A DNA stretch of 64,000 nucleotides from Thiohalomonadales bacterium (GCA_050295955.1 JBNKQQ010000024.1:13225-77224), one strand, 5' to 3'; shown: positions 11,133 to 21,866, numbered from the stretch's first letter. Notes: generated by a model not told the origin, from the sequence alone. Numbers and translations: made by a program.

Positions 11133-12362
11133 TTAAAAGAAGGTGATTTCGGGTTGCTCTTGCTGACGGCCTCCGTCAGTAGTGCCACTGTGGATATCAT
11201 GCTGCTCCTCCATGGTGTAGCTCTCAGCCAACTCTTCCAGCCAACTTTCCGGCTCAATCGCCAATGCCTTAGAGCCATCCTGCTTAATCTCCTCCAGGTG
11301 ATGTTCCAGCTTCGCCATGTCAGCACAGACATGGCCAAGAATCTGGCTCACCCGATCCTGGAATTGCAGCGCAACCATCACCCCTTCAATCTCATTACGG
11401 ATCACCTTGGCCTCTTCGCGTAGCATCTCTGTCGAGTCATTCAGCCCGGAAGCGGTTAGATGAAAATCAGAAAGCACCTGCTCAATAATCTGCTCGGAGT
11501 GGGCAATGGTCTCGGCATCATGCTGGGCAAACTCACGAGAGAGCTGGAAGGTATCATTGATGGCGGAGTTAACGGTCTCCACCGTATCGGTAATTTTTCG
11601 GCCAGTCTCCGCTGACTGGCTGGAGAGCTTACGCACCTCGTCAGCCACCACCGCGAAGCCACGCCCAACTTCACCGGCACGTGCAGCTTCAATCGCTGCA
11701 TTCAATGCCAGCAGATTGGTCTGCCCTGCCAGATCCCCCACATCCTTAGCCATGGTTTTCAGCTCCTCAGTGAGGCTAGAGAGCGTTTCAATCTTGTTAA
11801 GCAACGAGGATTTTTCATTGAGGGTAGAGCGCAATGAGGTCGTAATCTTATTCAGCTCCTCCTCCCCTTCCTGAAGCAGCTCAACAACCCCCTTAACCGC
11901 TTGCCCTTCGCTACCCACTGACGCGTTTTGGGAAGTGGTTACCGCTGTTTCGATACGCTGATAGAGGTCAGAAAAGCTGTTGGTTAAATCGGTAATAGAA
12001 CTTTCGGTATGAGAGCGCGCATGCTCGACTTGACCTGACCAGATGGGAAGCACTTCCTGACAAAGATGGCCAAGACCTTGGTTATATTGCTCAAGAGCCT
12101 GTTGCTGTTCAGCCTCTGCTGCCTGGCGGGCCTCCAAATAGACCTGCTTGGTGACATTTTCACATTCATGGGTAAGCCAACGAATTGCGCCTGCAGTTGC
12201 CACAGACATCAGCACAATATACCCTATAACCATGGGGTGAAACCCACCAATCACCAAAGCTCCAGCAATTGCCATCATCCCTAATAACAAAGGCGCAAGT
12301 GCAATGCGTCTGTTCCAAATCCATGAGATCAAATTACCGTTAAATAGCTGCATTTGCCCCAC
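11133..12362 (-). CDS. Methyl-accepting chemotaxis protein lacking a periplasmic sensor (McpA-like)
   Basis: [27 protein letters not shown]; two adjacent N-terminal TM segments; [11 protein letters not shown]; C-terminal EITFF. Confidence 0.9.
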   Translation of the reverse strand: MGQMQLFNGNLISWIWNRRIALAPLLLGMMAIAGALVIGGFHPMVIGYIVLMSVATAGAIRWLTHECENVTKQVYLEARQAAEAEQQQALEQYNQGLGHLCQEVLPIWSGQVEHARSHTESSITDLTNSFSDLYQRIETAVTTSQNASVGSEGQAVKGVVELLQEGEEELNKITTSLRSTLNEKSSLLNKIETLSSLTEELKTMAKDVGDLAGQTNLLALNAAIEAARAGEVGRGFAVVADEVRKLSSQSAETGRKITDTVETVNSAINDTFQLSREFAQHDAETIAHSEQIIEQVLSDFHLTASGLNDSTEMLREEAKVIRNEIEGVMVALQFQDRVSQILGHVCADMAKLEHHLEEIKQDGSKALAIEPESWLEELAESYTMEEQHDIHSGTTDGGRQQEQPEITFF

Positions 12363-12522
12363 CTCGCACCAATGCTCTCTCTATCGCTTAACATATATCC
12401 TTATGTCTAAAATCTGGCCCGAATTTCCTGTCATCACCGTGCTACCATGGGAAGGAAATCGTCTTTTTAGTCCAGAGCTATAGTCAGTCAACCCTGTTTT
12501 GAGAGTAGGGGTTTAAGATGTC

Positions 12523-12544
12523 TTTGTCAGGAAATCCTGACAAA
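12523..12544. promoter_or_regulatory. Perfect palindrome TTTGTCAGGA-AA-TCCTGACAAA; candidate NarL/GacA-type regulator box upstream of the che operon
   Basis: Core TGTCAG-N6-CTGACA has the same geometry as the GacA box TGTAAG-N6-CTTACA; lies between the regulator gene and the first che gene. Confidence 0.55.
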
Positions 12545-12618
12545 AATAAATGAGAATCACCTCTCATTTTTACAAAACTTTAACAAATTCAAAAAGGAAG
12601 GGAGCCAAGCAAACTTGG

Positions 12619-13251
12619 TCATTTGATCAGATCATGATCCACTGCATAACGCACTAATTCTGCATTGCAGGTGAACTGCATCTTCTGCATCAAGCGCATC
12701 TTATGGGTACTGACAGTCTTACTACTGATCACTAATTGGTCCGCGATCGCGTTGAGACTCATTCCCTTGGCCAGCAACATAAAGATCTCATACTCACGCT
12801 GAGAGAGCGATTCATGAGGTAACGATTCTGTCGGTACACTGCTTTCAAAGACCATCTGCTCCGCCAGCATGGGGTCAATGAAGCGACTCCCTTTGGCCAC
12901 CTTACGAATCGCGGCCAGCAGAATCTCCGGCTCGCTATCTTTGGTGAGATAGCCATTAGCACCCGCACCCAGTGCACGACGGGCAATCTGTAACTCATTG
13001 TGCATACTCAATACCAGAATAGGCATATCGGGAAGCTGCTTGTGGATGCGTGCAATCAGGTTAACGCCACTAATGCCAGGCATCGACATATCCAGCAGGA
13101 TCATATCAAAGTCTCCCTGGCGCAGCAGTTCAAGTACTTGCTTACCGTTAACCGCTTCTGCCACCACTTCAATATCTGCTGCCAAACCGAAAAGTTGCTT
13201 CAATCCCTCCCTGAGAATACTGTGGTCCTCAGCCATTAAGAGTTTGATCAT
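12619..13251 (-). CDS. NarL/UvrY-family DNA-binding response regulator
   Basis: Receiver (AEDH, LLDMSMP, LSMH, TK) plus LuxR HTH LSQREYEIF...SSKTVSTHK. Confidence 0.95.
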   Translation of the reverse strand: MIKLLMAEDHSILREGLKQLFGLAADIEVVAEAVNGKQVLELLRQGDFDMILLDMSMPGISGVNLIARIHKQLPDMPILVLSMHNELQIARRALGAGANGYLTKDSEPEILLAAIRKVAKGSRFIDPMLAEQMVFESSVPTESLPHESLSQREYEIFMLLAKGMSLNAIADQLVISSKTVSTHKMRLMQKMQFTCNAELVRYAVDHDLIK

Positions 13252-15437
13252 ACGTGGGCTCCACGCTGTTTCTGTGGTGTCTGAGGTATCGGCAACGTTA
13301 CCCGGACCTTCGCTCCCCGATTTGGCTCGCTGATAATCTGTGCTTCACCATCCATCATGATGGCCCGCTCGTAAATGCCCAACAGCCCAAAGGAGTTATG
13401 GCCTGTCGCTTGAACATCAAACCCCTTGCCATCATCCGTGACCTCCACCAGAAAATGGCTATCACTATGCTGGAAACGGATAACAACCTGTGTCGCCTGG
13501 GCATGTCTGGCCACATTGGTCAGCGACTCCTGAACAATACGAAAGATTGCCGTGGCATACTTATCCCCCACATCAATCTCCCCTTCATCCATTTCGAGAT
13601 GACAAATAACACCACTACGCTTGGCAAACTCCTCCACCAACCACTCCAGCGCGGCGCGTATCCCCATATCCAGTGGAGCTGGACGTAAGCTAGTGGCAAT
13701 ATTTCGTACCACAAGAATGGTTTTATCCACCAATCCGCTCAACCCATGGAGTTGCTCTTTAAACGCGGGATCAACAGTGCCGTATTGCAGACGCAGCATA
13801 GAAACGCCCATACGTAACGCGGTCAAATTCTGTCCCAGCTCATCGTGAAGATCTCTGGCGATATGGCGACGCTCCTCTTCACGAATCGTTTCCAACTGGG
13901 CCGTCAATCCTCTTAAGCGAGCGTGGGACTCTGCCAGCTCCTTCTCGGCTTCTTTCAAAGCGGTAATATTATGTCCAATGGCCAGAACGCCAGCCATTTT
14001 TCCATTCTGCTTGCGCTCAGCAGTCACCTGAAAGTTATAGATATTCACCTTATCGCTACCAGGTTGTGGCCACTGTAAAATAAATTCTTTGCTCTCCCCC
14101 GTTTCCATTACCTGCTTTAGTAGTGTCTTGCACTCCAATGCAGAGAGCCCCACCGCAGAACTCCACATCTCCTCCAAAGTGCTATTTAGCGCCAATTCCG
14201 GGGGAACTCCCATCTCCCTTATGAAGGCTGGGTTGGCATAGACTCGTTGGCAGTTTCGGTTATAACGAACAATGATATTGGGTGAGTTTTCCGCCAACGT
14301 CCGGAACTTATTCTCACGATAGAGCAACTCCTCCTCCATGCGCTTCAATTCAGTGATATCCCGGGAAATCGAGGCAACACCGATAGTCTCACCGTCCCCT
14401 CCGTGGATAGGTGAAATCGTAATCGAGATATCAATCAAGTGCCCATCTTTGTGGCGACGTGCCGTGGAATAGTTACGCACCGTCTCGTTGTTTCGGATCT
14501 TATCCAGAATCAGCTGCTCTTCTTCCCAGAAAAATTTAGGAATCAGGCACTCAATACGCTCCCCCACCATTTCAGCGGCACTGTAGCCAAAAAGCGCTTC
14601 TGCACCGGGATTCCAACAAGTCACGACACCATCAAGCGTCTTGCCGATGATGGCATCATTCGTAGACGTCACAATGGCGGCAAAGTGCTGCAGTGACTGC
14701 TCAAGTTCTTTGCGAGGTGTAATATTCTGTACATTCAGGATACTACGCCGCTGTTGGCTATCCGGCTCTCGAACAACCGTAATATCCACAGCCACTGGGA
14801 AGGTACTACCATCCTTTCGCTGATGCACACTCTCCAGGGAGAGGTGTCCCTTTTGCTGAGCCTCTGCCATCATTAACATCATGTGATCACGATACTCTGT
14901 TGGGATCAATGCGATCACCGGCTGACCAATCAACTCTTCCATGGTATAGCCGTACATCTTGGCAAAAGCAGGATTAACCTCTTCAAGATGCTGCCCATCC
15001 AAGCTACTGATTCCTACCCCCCATTGCGTATCCAGCTCCTCTCCCTGTGCACTCAACGCAAGAGGCTCATCCTCAATGCCAACCACCTGAAAGAGATAAC
15101 TATCTGTCCCGCCATCACGACTCGACAACAGAGAAATATTCACCGTACTCCATAATAACGTCCCATCGCACCGTCGGTAACGCAGCGCCACCTGACATAA
15201 CTGCTGATGATCCGCCATCGCTTTGTAAAGACGACGCAATACCGGAATATCCTTGGAATAGATAATATCGGAGCAATGAACCCCTTGTAGCTCACTTTCC
15301 TCTTTGTAACCAAGGGATTGACAGAACGCCGGGTTGGCTGCCTGGATGACATCGTCTTCACTTATCTGCACCATACCAACCAGCGCTTGATAAAAAGCCT
15401 GACGATAAAAATTTTCGCATTGGGGCATGTCGATCAT
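13248..15437 (-). CDS. Cytoplasmic multi-PAS sensor histidine kinase (HisKA_3)
   Basis: About 4 PAS repeats; ERRHIARDLHDELGQ H-box; ESLTNVARHA, DDGKGF; overlaps the regulator start by 4 nt. Confidence 0.95.
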   Translation of the reverse strand: MIDMPQCENFYRQAFYQALVGMVQISEDDVIQAANPAFCQSLGYKEESELQGVHCSDIIYSKDIPVLRRLYKAMADHQQLCQVALRYRRCDGTLLWSTVNISLLSSRDGGTDSYLFQVVGIEDEPLALSAQGEELDTQWGVGISSLDGQHLEEVNPAFAKMYGYTMEELIGQPVIALIPTEYRDHMMLMMAEAQQKGHLSLESVHQRKDGSTFPVAVDITVVREPDSQQRRSILNVQNITPRKELEQSLQHFAAIVTSTNDAIIGKTLDGVVTCWNPGAEALFGYSAAEMVGERIECLIPKFFWEEEQLILDKIRNNETVRNYSTARRHKDGHLIDISITISPIHGGDGETIGVASISRDITELKRMEEELLYRENKFRTLAENSPNIIVRYNRNCQRVYANPAFIREMGVPPELALNSTLEEMWSSAVGLSALECKTLLKQVMETGESKEFILQWPQPGSDKVNIYNFQVTAERKQNGKMAGVLAIGHNITALKEAEKELAESHARLRGLTAQLETIREEERRHIARDLHDELGQNLTALRMGVSMLRLQYGTVDPAFKEQLHGLSGLVDKTILVVRNIATSLRPAPLDMGIRAALEWLVEEFAKRSGVICHLEMDEGEIDVGDKYATAIFRIVQESLTNVARHAQATQVVIRFQHSDSHFLVEVTDDGKGFDVQATGHNSFGLLGIYERAIMMDGEAQIISEPNRGAKVRVTLPIPQTPQKQRGAHV

Positions 15438-15542
15438 CCAACATGAGTCTATCGATAAAAACCAGGAAGAAGCTCGAGCGGTTTCAAACTTCTTTGGATA
15501 AGTATAGTTATCGATCTACAGGGTGATCTTCTTGAGCGGCAG

Positions 15543-18371
15543 TTAAGCCTTATTTAAACTTTGCCAGAGGGGGACTGGACGAGCCATGCAAAAACCTTGA
15601 ATGTGGTCGATCCCCAACTCCCAAAGTCTATGCAGTGTCGCATCATCCTCAACATACTCGGCAATCGTCTGAATTCCCATCGCATGTCCCATATTATTGA
15701 TGGATTCCACCAAAGCATAGTTAGTTTGATCCTTAAGCATGTCCCGCACAAAACTACCGTCGATCTTCAAATAGTCCACCGGCAACTCTTTTAGATAAGC
15801 AAATGAAGACATACCACTGCCAAAATCATCCAAGGCAAAGTGGAATCCCATACCTTTAAGCTCCTGGATAAAGCGCTGGGCCGCATGCATATTATTAATC
15901 GCAGCAGTTTCAGTGACCTCAAAACAGATTTGTTCAGGATCGAGCCCCAGCATCTTGGTACGTTCCGACACATAATCCAGCGTATTTTCATCGCTCAGAG
16001 TCTGTCCCGAAAGATTAATGGAGAAGCTTTGCCGTAGCCGACGCCTCCCGGTATGCAGAATGTTAAATACCCGATCGATGACCCAACGATCAACCTCTAC
16101 CATCATTTGATAGCGTTCTGCCGCAGCAATAAAAGCTGCCGGCCCAATTAGGCCTCCCTGCTCATCCACCATACGGACCAACACTTCAGAGTGGGGGGAA
16201 CCGCAACGACGATGATTATTTAACGGTAAAATTTTCTGATGATAGAGGCAGAAACTCCCCTCTTTCAAAGCTCGATTGAGGCGATGCAACCACTGCATCT
16301 CCCCGCGGCGTTGACTCAGCTGGCTATCATCCGGTGAATAAAGATGGATACTATTACGGCCACGCTCCTTCGCCAAATAGCAAGAAGCCTCCGCTGCACC
16401 TAATGCCTCCGCCATGCTACGGCTGTATCGATTCACAGGAGATACACCAATACTAATGCCTAAACGATAACTACGCTCAAACCAAGTAAAGCGGAAATGC
16501 TCCAGAGAAGCACAAATATCATCAGCAAGGCGCTGCCCTTGTGCCATATCCAGCCCACACAATAGCAAACCAAACTCATCGCCTCCCAAGCGAGCTGCCA
16601 CAGCACTCTCCACCTCTTTCAGTGACTCCTGCAGCAACCCAGTTACCTGCTTAAGCAGTACGTCTCCCGCTACATGCCCACAAGCATCGTTAATCACCTT
16701 AAACTGATCCAAATCCATCACCAGCAAACAGCTCTCCTGACCGGTACGACGACTGCTATTAATCACTTTGACCAGCCGCCCTTCGAACTCCTTACGGTTC
16801 AACAGACCCGTTAACGCATCATGAGTCGATTGATAGATCAGCTGGCGCTCAACACCGCGCAACTCGGTAATATCCTCAAACAGTAACACCACTCCCTCAA
16901 CGGCCCCTGTGGCATTTTTCATCGGCAGACAGTTAAGGCGAATTAACAAATCACTCTCGCCACGGCGCTTTAGCAGGCACTCACTCTGGTAAGAGCGTGA
17001 TTCACCAGTACGCAAAGCCCGCCAAATTTGATCCTCTACCGGTAGACCACTCTCTGCATCGATCGCCTGGAATATCTCTAATAGTGGCTTACCATATACC
17101 TGGGAGTTTCTGTGGCCAGTTAACTGCTCAGCCAAGGGATTGAGGTACTCCACCTCTCCCCGAGGGTTGAGGCCAATGACCCCTTCACTTACCTGCTGTA
17201 GAGTAAGCAAGGCTCGCTGATAATAGTGCTGTAGCTCGTGGCCAATGTCGTTATCCACCCGATTAATATTGGCAACGCAGAGTAGTCCATTGAATTTGCC
17301 CTCCTCATCCAATAGCGGCTTAAGAGACCAGAGTAGAGGCAACAACTGACCACTGGGTGTCGGCAGATAACTTTGCAAACGAGAAGAGTGGGTCGCCTCC
17401 CCTTTTTCAAGCAGCGAAGCCACTCCTTGGGGAAGCACCTTCTCCATCAGGAATTCCAGTTGCTGACCATCACACTGTTGATCCAGTAGCATCTGGGCAT
17501 AGCCGTTAATGAAACTGGGCCGCCCCTGGCAATCCAGGCGAATAATCAGGCTATCCGCCTGCTCGATCATCTGCTGATAGTCCCCTAATGGCTCATCGTA
17601 GCGGGGAGATTCTCCCGTCAGCTCGCCAAAGCTACAGGCAAAAAACAACACTTCGCCAATAGGGTTCAATACTGGCTTAAGATGGATTTCAGCATCCAGT
17701 TGTTCACCATTTGCCGTCTGAAGAGGTAGCTTTAGCTGCCACTCTCGTGGCGAAGAGAGTATAGAAAGGTAGTACTCAAAATCCTCAGCCTGCACAAACA
17801 GCGCGCAAGGTCCCCCCTCGTCATTGAGATGATCACGGGTATAACCCAGTAATTTTTGAGCAGCATAATTGATGCTGTTAACACGCCCCTGTTGAGTAAA
17901 AGTAATCAACGGTTGTGAAGAGTGGGCTGCTACCTCCTGCAATAGCTGTAGAGCATGATAATCACTCTCTTCACCTGCCAGAGGGGTACAGAGGACGGCT
18001 AAGCCGGTCAGGCGCTCCTGCTCAATCACCGGCACCGAGACATAAGCGATATAGTGCTTTTTTCCAGCCTTATCGATAAAGCTGGCACTGCCCGTTATAA
18101 TCCGCTGTCCTATACCCTGTTGTGCCAGATTGTCACTCCACAAAGGGCCATGATCATCACTAATCTTAAGCGTATGACAAAATGGTGAATGGCTGTATTC
18201 AAGGGTAGTGGTACCGAATAACTGTTCGGCTACCTGATTGAGGTAAATGAGATACCCCTGCGCATCCAGAGCGAAGACCGCCTGATGTTGCATAGAGACA
18301 AGATTGGTAAGCTCCCTTTTGGTTTTTCCCACTAGGCGTAGCTTATTACTCAAAGGACCACCTTCGCCCAC
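15543..18371 (-). CDS. PAS-GGDEF-EAL c-di-GMP turnover protein
   Basis: HDALTGLLNR, RLGGDEF (no RxxD I-site), EVLVRM, DDFGSGMSS, KIDGSFV; start codon uncertain (GTG 18371). Confidence 0.95.
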   Translation of the reverse strand: MGEGGPLSNKLRLVGKTKRELTNLVSMQHQAVFALDAQGYLIYLNQVAEQLFGTTTLEYSHSPFCHTLKISDDHGPLWSDNLAQQGIGQRIITGSASFIDKAGKKHYIAYVSVPVIEQERLTGLAVLCTPLAGEESDYHALQLLQEVAAHSSQPLITFTQQGRVNSINYAAQKLLGYTRDHLNDEGGPCALFVQAEDFEYYLSILSSPREWQLKLPLQTANGEQLDAEIHLKPVLNPIGEVLFFACSFGELTGESPRYDEPLGDYQQMIEQADSLIIRLDCQGRPSFINGYAQMLLDQQCDGQQLEFLMEKVLPQGVASLLEKGEATHSSRLQSYLPTPSGQLLPLLWSLKPLLDEEGKFNGLLCVANINRVDNDIGHELQHYYQRALLTLQQVSEGVIGLNPRGEVEYLNPLAEQLTGHRNSQVYGKPLLEIFQAIDAESGLPVEDQIWRALRTGESRSYQSECLLKRRGESDLLIRLNCLPMKNATGAVEGVVLLFEDITELRGVERQLIYQSTHDALTGLLNRKEFEGRLVKVINSSRRTGQESCLLVMDLDQFKVINDACGHVAGDVLLKQVTGLLQESLKEVESAVAARLGGDEFGLLLCGLDMAQGQRLADDICASLEHFRFTWFERSYRLGISIGVSPVNRYSRSMAEALGAAEASCYLAKERGRNSIHLYSPDDSQLSQRRGEMQWLHRLNRALKEGSFCLYHQKILPLNNHRRCGSPHSEVLVRMVDEQGGLIGPAAFIAAAERYQMMVEVDRWVIDRVFNILHTGRRRLRQSFSINLSGQTLSDENTLDYVSERTKMLGLDPEQICFEVTETAAINNMHAAQRFIQELKGMGFHFALDDFGSGMSSFAYLKELPVDYLKIDGSFVRDMLKDQTNYALVESINNMGHAMGIQTIAEYVEDDATLHRLWELGIDHIQGFCMARPVPLWQSLNKA

Positions 18372-18553
18372 AACGACTGTGTAGGTCAGTTAAAGTAAGT
18401 ATAAAAACTTTACTCCCTTAATTTATCCTTATATTCCATAGAGCTATTTAAGTTATATCTAATTTACTTTAACTATGTAAAGGATTTTTGACGAGATTAC
18501 CGAAAGTTAGGTTAATTAACCAATAGAAAGGGTGTGAATAGAGAAATTTGAGA

Positions 18554-18587
18554 GGAAAAGTATGGGGCAATCGGATGATTGCCCCAT
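18554..18587 (-). terminator. Intrinsic terminator after argG
   Basis: ATGGGGCAATC-N4-GATTGCCCCAT hairpin followed by ACTTTTCC on the minus strand. Confidence 0.7.
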
Positions 18588-18604
18588 GGAAATAGCAAGC
18601 AAGA

Positions 18605-19819
18605 TTAACCGCGACGCTTATTACCCGCAATACGCAAGCGTAGGGAGTTCAATCGGATAAAGCCTTCTGCATCCGCTTGATTATAAGCGCCCGCATCATC
18701 TTCAAAGGTAGCGATATTCGCATCAAACAGACTGTCGCTGGCAGACTCACGTCCCACTACGATCACGTTACCCTTATACAACTTCAGGCGAACGGTACCG
18801 TTAACGGTTGCTTGAGATGCATCGATCATCTCCTGCATCATCATGCGCTCAGGCGCCCACCAATAGCCGTTATAGATCAACTTGGCATAGCGCGGCATCA
18901 ACTCATCCTTCAGGTGAGCGACTTCACGGTCCAGTGTAATCGACTCAATAGCACGGTGCGCTTTCAGCATGATGGTACCTGCGGGTGTCTCATAGCAACC
19001 GCGGGACTTCATGCCTACATAGCGGTTCTCTACGATATCCAGGCGGCCAATACCATTAGCGCCGGCAATCTTGTTAAGATGCTCCATCACCTGTGCTGGA
19101 CTCATCGCCACTCCATCTACCGCAACGATATCCCCTTGCAGGTATTTCAGCTCAATGTAGGTAGGTTGATCAGGCGCGTTTTCAGGTGAAACACTCCAGC
19201 GCCACATATCCTCTTCAGGCTCTGCCCAGGGATCTTCCAGAATGCCGCCTTCGTAAGAAATATGCAGCAGATTGGCATCCATAGAGTAAGGGGACTTCTT
19301 ACCCTTTTTATTCTCAACCGAGATACCGTGCTTTTCTGCATAAGTCAGCAGTTTTTCACGGGAGTTCAGATCCCACTCACGCCAGGGCGCAATCACCTTA
19401 ACATCAGGCTTCAGTCCATAGTAGCCCAGCTCGAAACGGACCTGATCGTTGCCCTTACCGGTTGCACCGTGAGAAACCGCATCAGCGCCAGTCTCGTTGG
19501 CAATCTCAATTTGACGCTTAGAGATCAACGGGCGGGCAATAGAGGTACCCAGCAAATATTCACCTTCATAGATTGCATTGGCGCGAAACATTGGGAAAAC
19601 GAAATCACGAGCAAACTCTTCACGCAGATCATCGATGTAGATCTCTTTGATACCCAAAGCTTCCGCCTTGGCACGTGCTGGCTCCACCTCTTCACCCTGT
19701 CCGATGTCGGCCGTAAAGGTGACCACCTCACATTGATACTCATCCTGCAGCCACTTAAGGATAATCGAGGTATCCAAACCGCCGGAATAGGCCAATACCA
19801 CCTTTTTGACATCTGACAT
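18605..19819 (-). CDS. argG: Argininosuccinate synthase
   Basis: [35 protein letters not shown]. Confidence 0.99.
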   Translation of the reverse strand: MSDVKKVVLAYSGGLDTSIILKWLQDEYQCEVVTFTADIGQGEEVEPARAKAEALGIKEIYIDDLREEFARDFVFPMFRANAIYEGEYLLGTSIARPLISKRQIEIANETGADAVSHGATGKGNDQVRFELGYYGLKPDVKVIAPWREWDLNSREKLLTYAEKHGISVENKKGKKSPYSMDANLLHISYEGGILEDPWAEPEEDMWRWSVSPENAPDQPTYIELKYLQGDIVAVDGVAMSPAQVMEHLNKIAGANGIGRLDIVENRYVGMKSRGCYETPAGTIMLKAHRAIESITLDREVAHLKDELMPRYAKLIYNGYWWAPERMMMQEMIDASQATVNGTVRLKLYKGNVIVVGRESASDSLFDANIATFEDDAGAYNQADAEGFIRLNSLRLRIAGNKRRG

Positions 19820-19904
19820 GTGTAGACTCCAAATTGAAACTGTTGGTCAATGAAAGGGCGCTATTGTACGCCAAGATTGCGTAGAAATTCACCCACTAGA
19901 CAAT

Positions 19905-19930
19905 AAAAAAGGGGCTGAAGAGCCCCTTTT
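19905..19930 (-). terminator. Intrinsic terminator after the cNMP-domain gene
   Basis: AAAAGGGGCT-GAAG-AGCCCCTTTT, with a T-run on the minus strand. Confidence 0.75.
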
Positions 19931-19952
19931 CAACAAAAATCACCGTATCTCA

Positions 19953-20471
19953 CTATAACAGGTCCAGCAATACCCCGGTCGTCTGGCGCAAACGCTGGCT
20001 GATCAGTTTGGCCAACTGCCACACTAACACGACACCTATCTTGGGATAGTCCTGAGCAATTTTATCCAGTTTATCCCGGGTCAGTACCAGAATAGTGGAG
20101 TGCTCTTCCGCCTTGATGGTGGCTGAGTAGGGCAAGCCGTCGATCACCGCCATCTCGGCAAAGCTCTTACCTGCCCGCATCACCGTGATCTTCTTCTCTT
20201 CCCTCTCATCATTGCGCTTAAAGACGGCCAGCTTTCCCCGACTCAGGATGCAGAGGAACTGCCCCGGCTCCCCTTCATGAACGACCGTCCCCCCTTTTGG
20301 CACCTCATAAGCCATAAAGAAGCGGGCAATGGTCTGCAACTCACCGCTGCTAAACGAAGCGAACATCTGGTTAGAGACCAGCGAATCCAAAATCCCTTGT
20401 GGATCTTCAGAGAGCGGGGAGCGAATCAGGTCACCACTATCCAAGCGTGAACGCAATATATCTACGGCCAT
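19953..20471 (-). CDS. Stand-alone cyclic-nucleotide-binding domain protein
   Basis: VVHEGEPG...GKLAV...FAEMAVIDGLPYSATIKA CAP fold followed by the C-helix; no HTH. Confidence 0.88.
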   Translation of the reverse strand: MAVDILRSRLDSGDLIRSPLSEDPQGILDSLVSNQMFASFSSGELQTIARFFMAYEVPKGGTVVHEGEPGQFLCILSRGKLAVFKRNDEREEKKITVMRAGKSFAEMAVIDGLPYSATIKAEEHSTILVLTRDKLDKIAQDYPKIGVVLVWQLAKLISQRLRQTTGVLLDLL

Positions 20472-20551
20472 TTTCTAGACTCAGTTATGATTATGTATTA
20501 CAAAGCATAACGCAGCTTTGCCCTGCTGCCCAGCCCCATCACTCTCAACGG

Positions 20552-21397
20552 CTAAGCCGCCCTTCTCCCCGGACGGAAATACCGTTGATTATCGTAAAAA
20601 TCTTCCCTGTTATTATCAGTGTGCCAACCCGGCATACCCAATATTGGGAAAGGTTGCAGATCTTTGGGGTGCTGAAGTCGCGTTCCTTCACGAAAGATAG
20701 CCTCCAACTGCTGATCCAGCCACTGCCACTTCGCTTCCCAGCTCATTTCATGAAACGATTCCGGGCACTGAAGCAATACCGTATTGGCCGTCATACCGAC
20801 ATAAGGCACCAATCCCTTTTCATACATGGCGTGACCAAAGGTGATGCACTCAAAATATTTCTCTAGCGCTTCTCGACGCCCCCAAAACAGCTCTTTCCAA
20901 CGAAACTCTCGCACCAATTGCAACAGACTTTCATCACTGGAGAGGAGTACCGCCCCCCCCTCATCAAACAGTGATAAGGTATTCTCGATAGGTGAACGTC
21001 GTCCTAATGCCACCCCACTGTCGATGCGCTCTTGAGCATGGGGTATATGGATGGCGTTAATGCGTGCCTTGGTTTTGGGAAACATAAACCACGTCAGATA
21101 TTGGAAGAAGTCATGCCAATTCTCAGTGCGGGTCTGGATCTCACCACTGGCATAAATTCTTGGAGCATAGTGCTGTTCAAAGGTATCCGGTTTGCCCGCC
21201 TGCTCCACAATACGTAGTGGCTGACCACTTAAAGTCTCGACGGGGTGAGGCCACTGTTCAAGAAAGTTCTGATAATCATCCAATCCAGGCCACTTCTCAA
21301 AATGGGCGAATTGCTCCGCCAGTGGTTGAAGTGGTGCAAACATCGGTGATTGATGGAAAAACGCCCCTTCCCAGGGTGGCAAGTGCTGTAACGTCAT
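20552..21397 (-). CDS. DUF3025 family protein
   Basis: GEIQTRTENWHDFF, FPKTKARIN, TLSLFDEGG, FGHAMYEK, PILGMPGW, YFRPGR. Confidence 0.85.
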   Translation of the reverse strand: MTLQHLPPWEGAFFHQSPMFAPLQPLAEQFAHFEKWPGLDDYQNFLEQWPHPVETLSGQPLRIVEQAGKPDTFEQHYAPRIYASGEIQTRTENWHDFFQYLTWFMFPKTKARINAIHIPHAQERIDSGVALGRRSPIENTLSLFDEGGAVLLSSDESLLQLVREFRWKELFWGRREALEKYFECITFGHAMYEKGLVPYVGMTANTVLLQCPESFHEMSWEAKWQWLDQQLEAIFREGTRLQHPKDLQPFPILGMPGWHTDNNREDFYDNQRYFRPGRRAA

Positions 21398-21614
21398 TGC
21401 TCATCCCCTCCAAGAGTAAACAGGGAACAGTCGTATGGACATTCACCAAACATCTTTCTCACTATCAACCTCAACTCGACAACCTTTTTACGTTGCGCCC
21501 TTTATACCGCAAACCAAGCAGAAGAGTAAAACGCCCTCATTGTGCTATACCCAGTGCCAAGGTTTCTTTGTTACAATGGCCACAATTTGAACAACCCCTC
21601 CTAAATTTTTTGAG

Positions 21615-21866
21615 ATGAAGCTGAACAACGTTCAACCGGGTGACACCCTAATTTGGCGTCACCGTCATGCGAAAGAGTTAAAAGAACAGGCCAAGAGCCC
21701 TCGCCAACTGGAACGGATTATTACTGTCAAAGCGATCTACGATAACTACGTCAAAACCAATTATGGCGACTATGCCCTCTGCGATGGTCACAACATCACC
21801 AGCCCCTGCGGCTGCAACCGCTTCTGCAGTTGCTACGGCATTGTCGAAAAGCCTGTCACTGAATGA
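21615..21866 (+). CDS. Hypothetical 83-aa Cys-rich protein
   Basis: Fills the gap before rlmKL in the same orientation; CDGHNITSPCGCNRFCSC; no clear RBS. Confidence 0.55.
   Translation: MKLNNVQPGDTLIWRHRHAKELKEQAKSPRQLERIITVKAIYDNYVKTNYGDYALCDGHNITSPCGCNRFCSCYGIVEKPVTE

Noticed and set aside
12548-12569. Fur-box-like AAATGAGAATCACCTCTCATTT
   Set aside because: One base too long for the 19-bp inverted repeat, and equally explained as a weak terminator of the regulator gene
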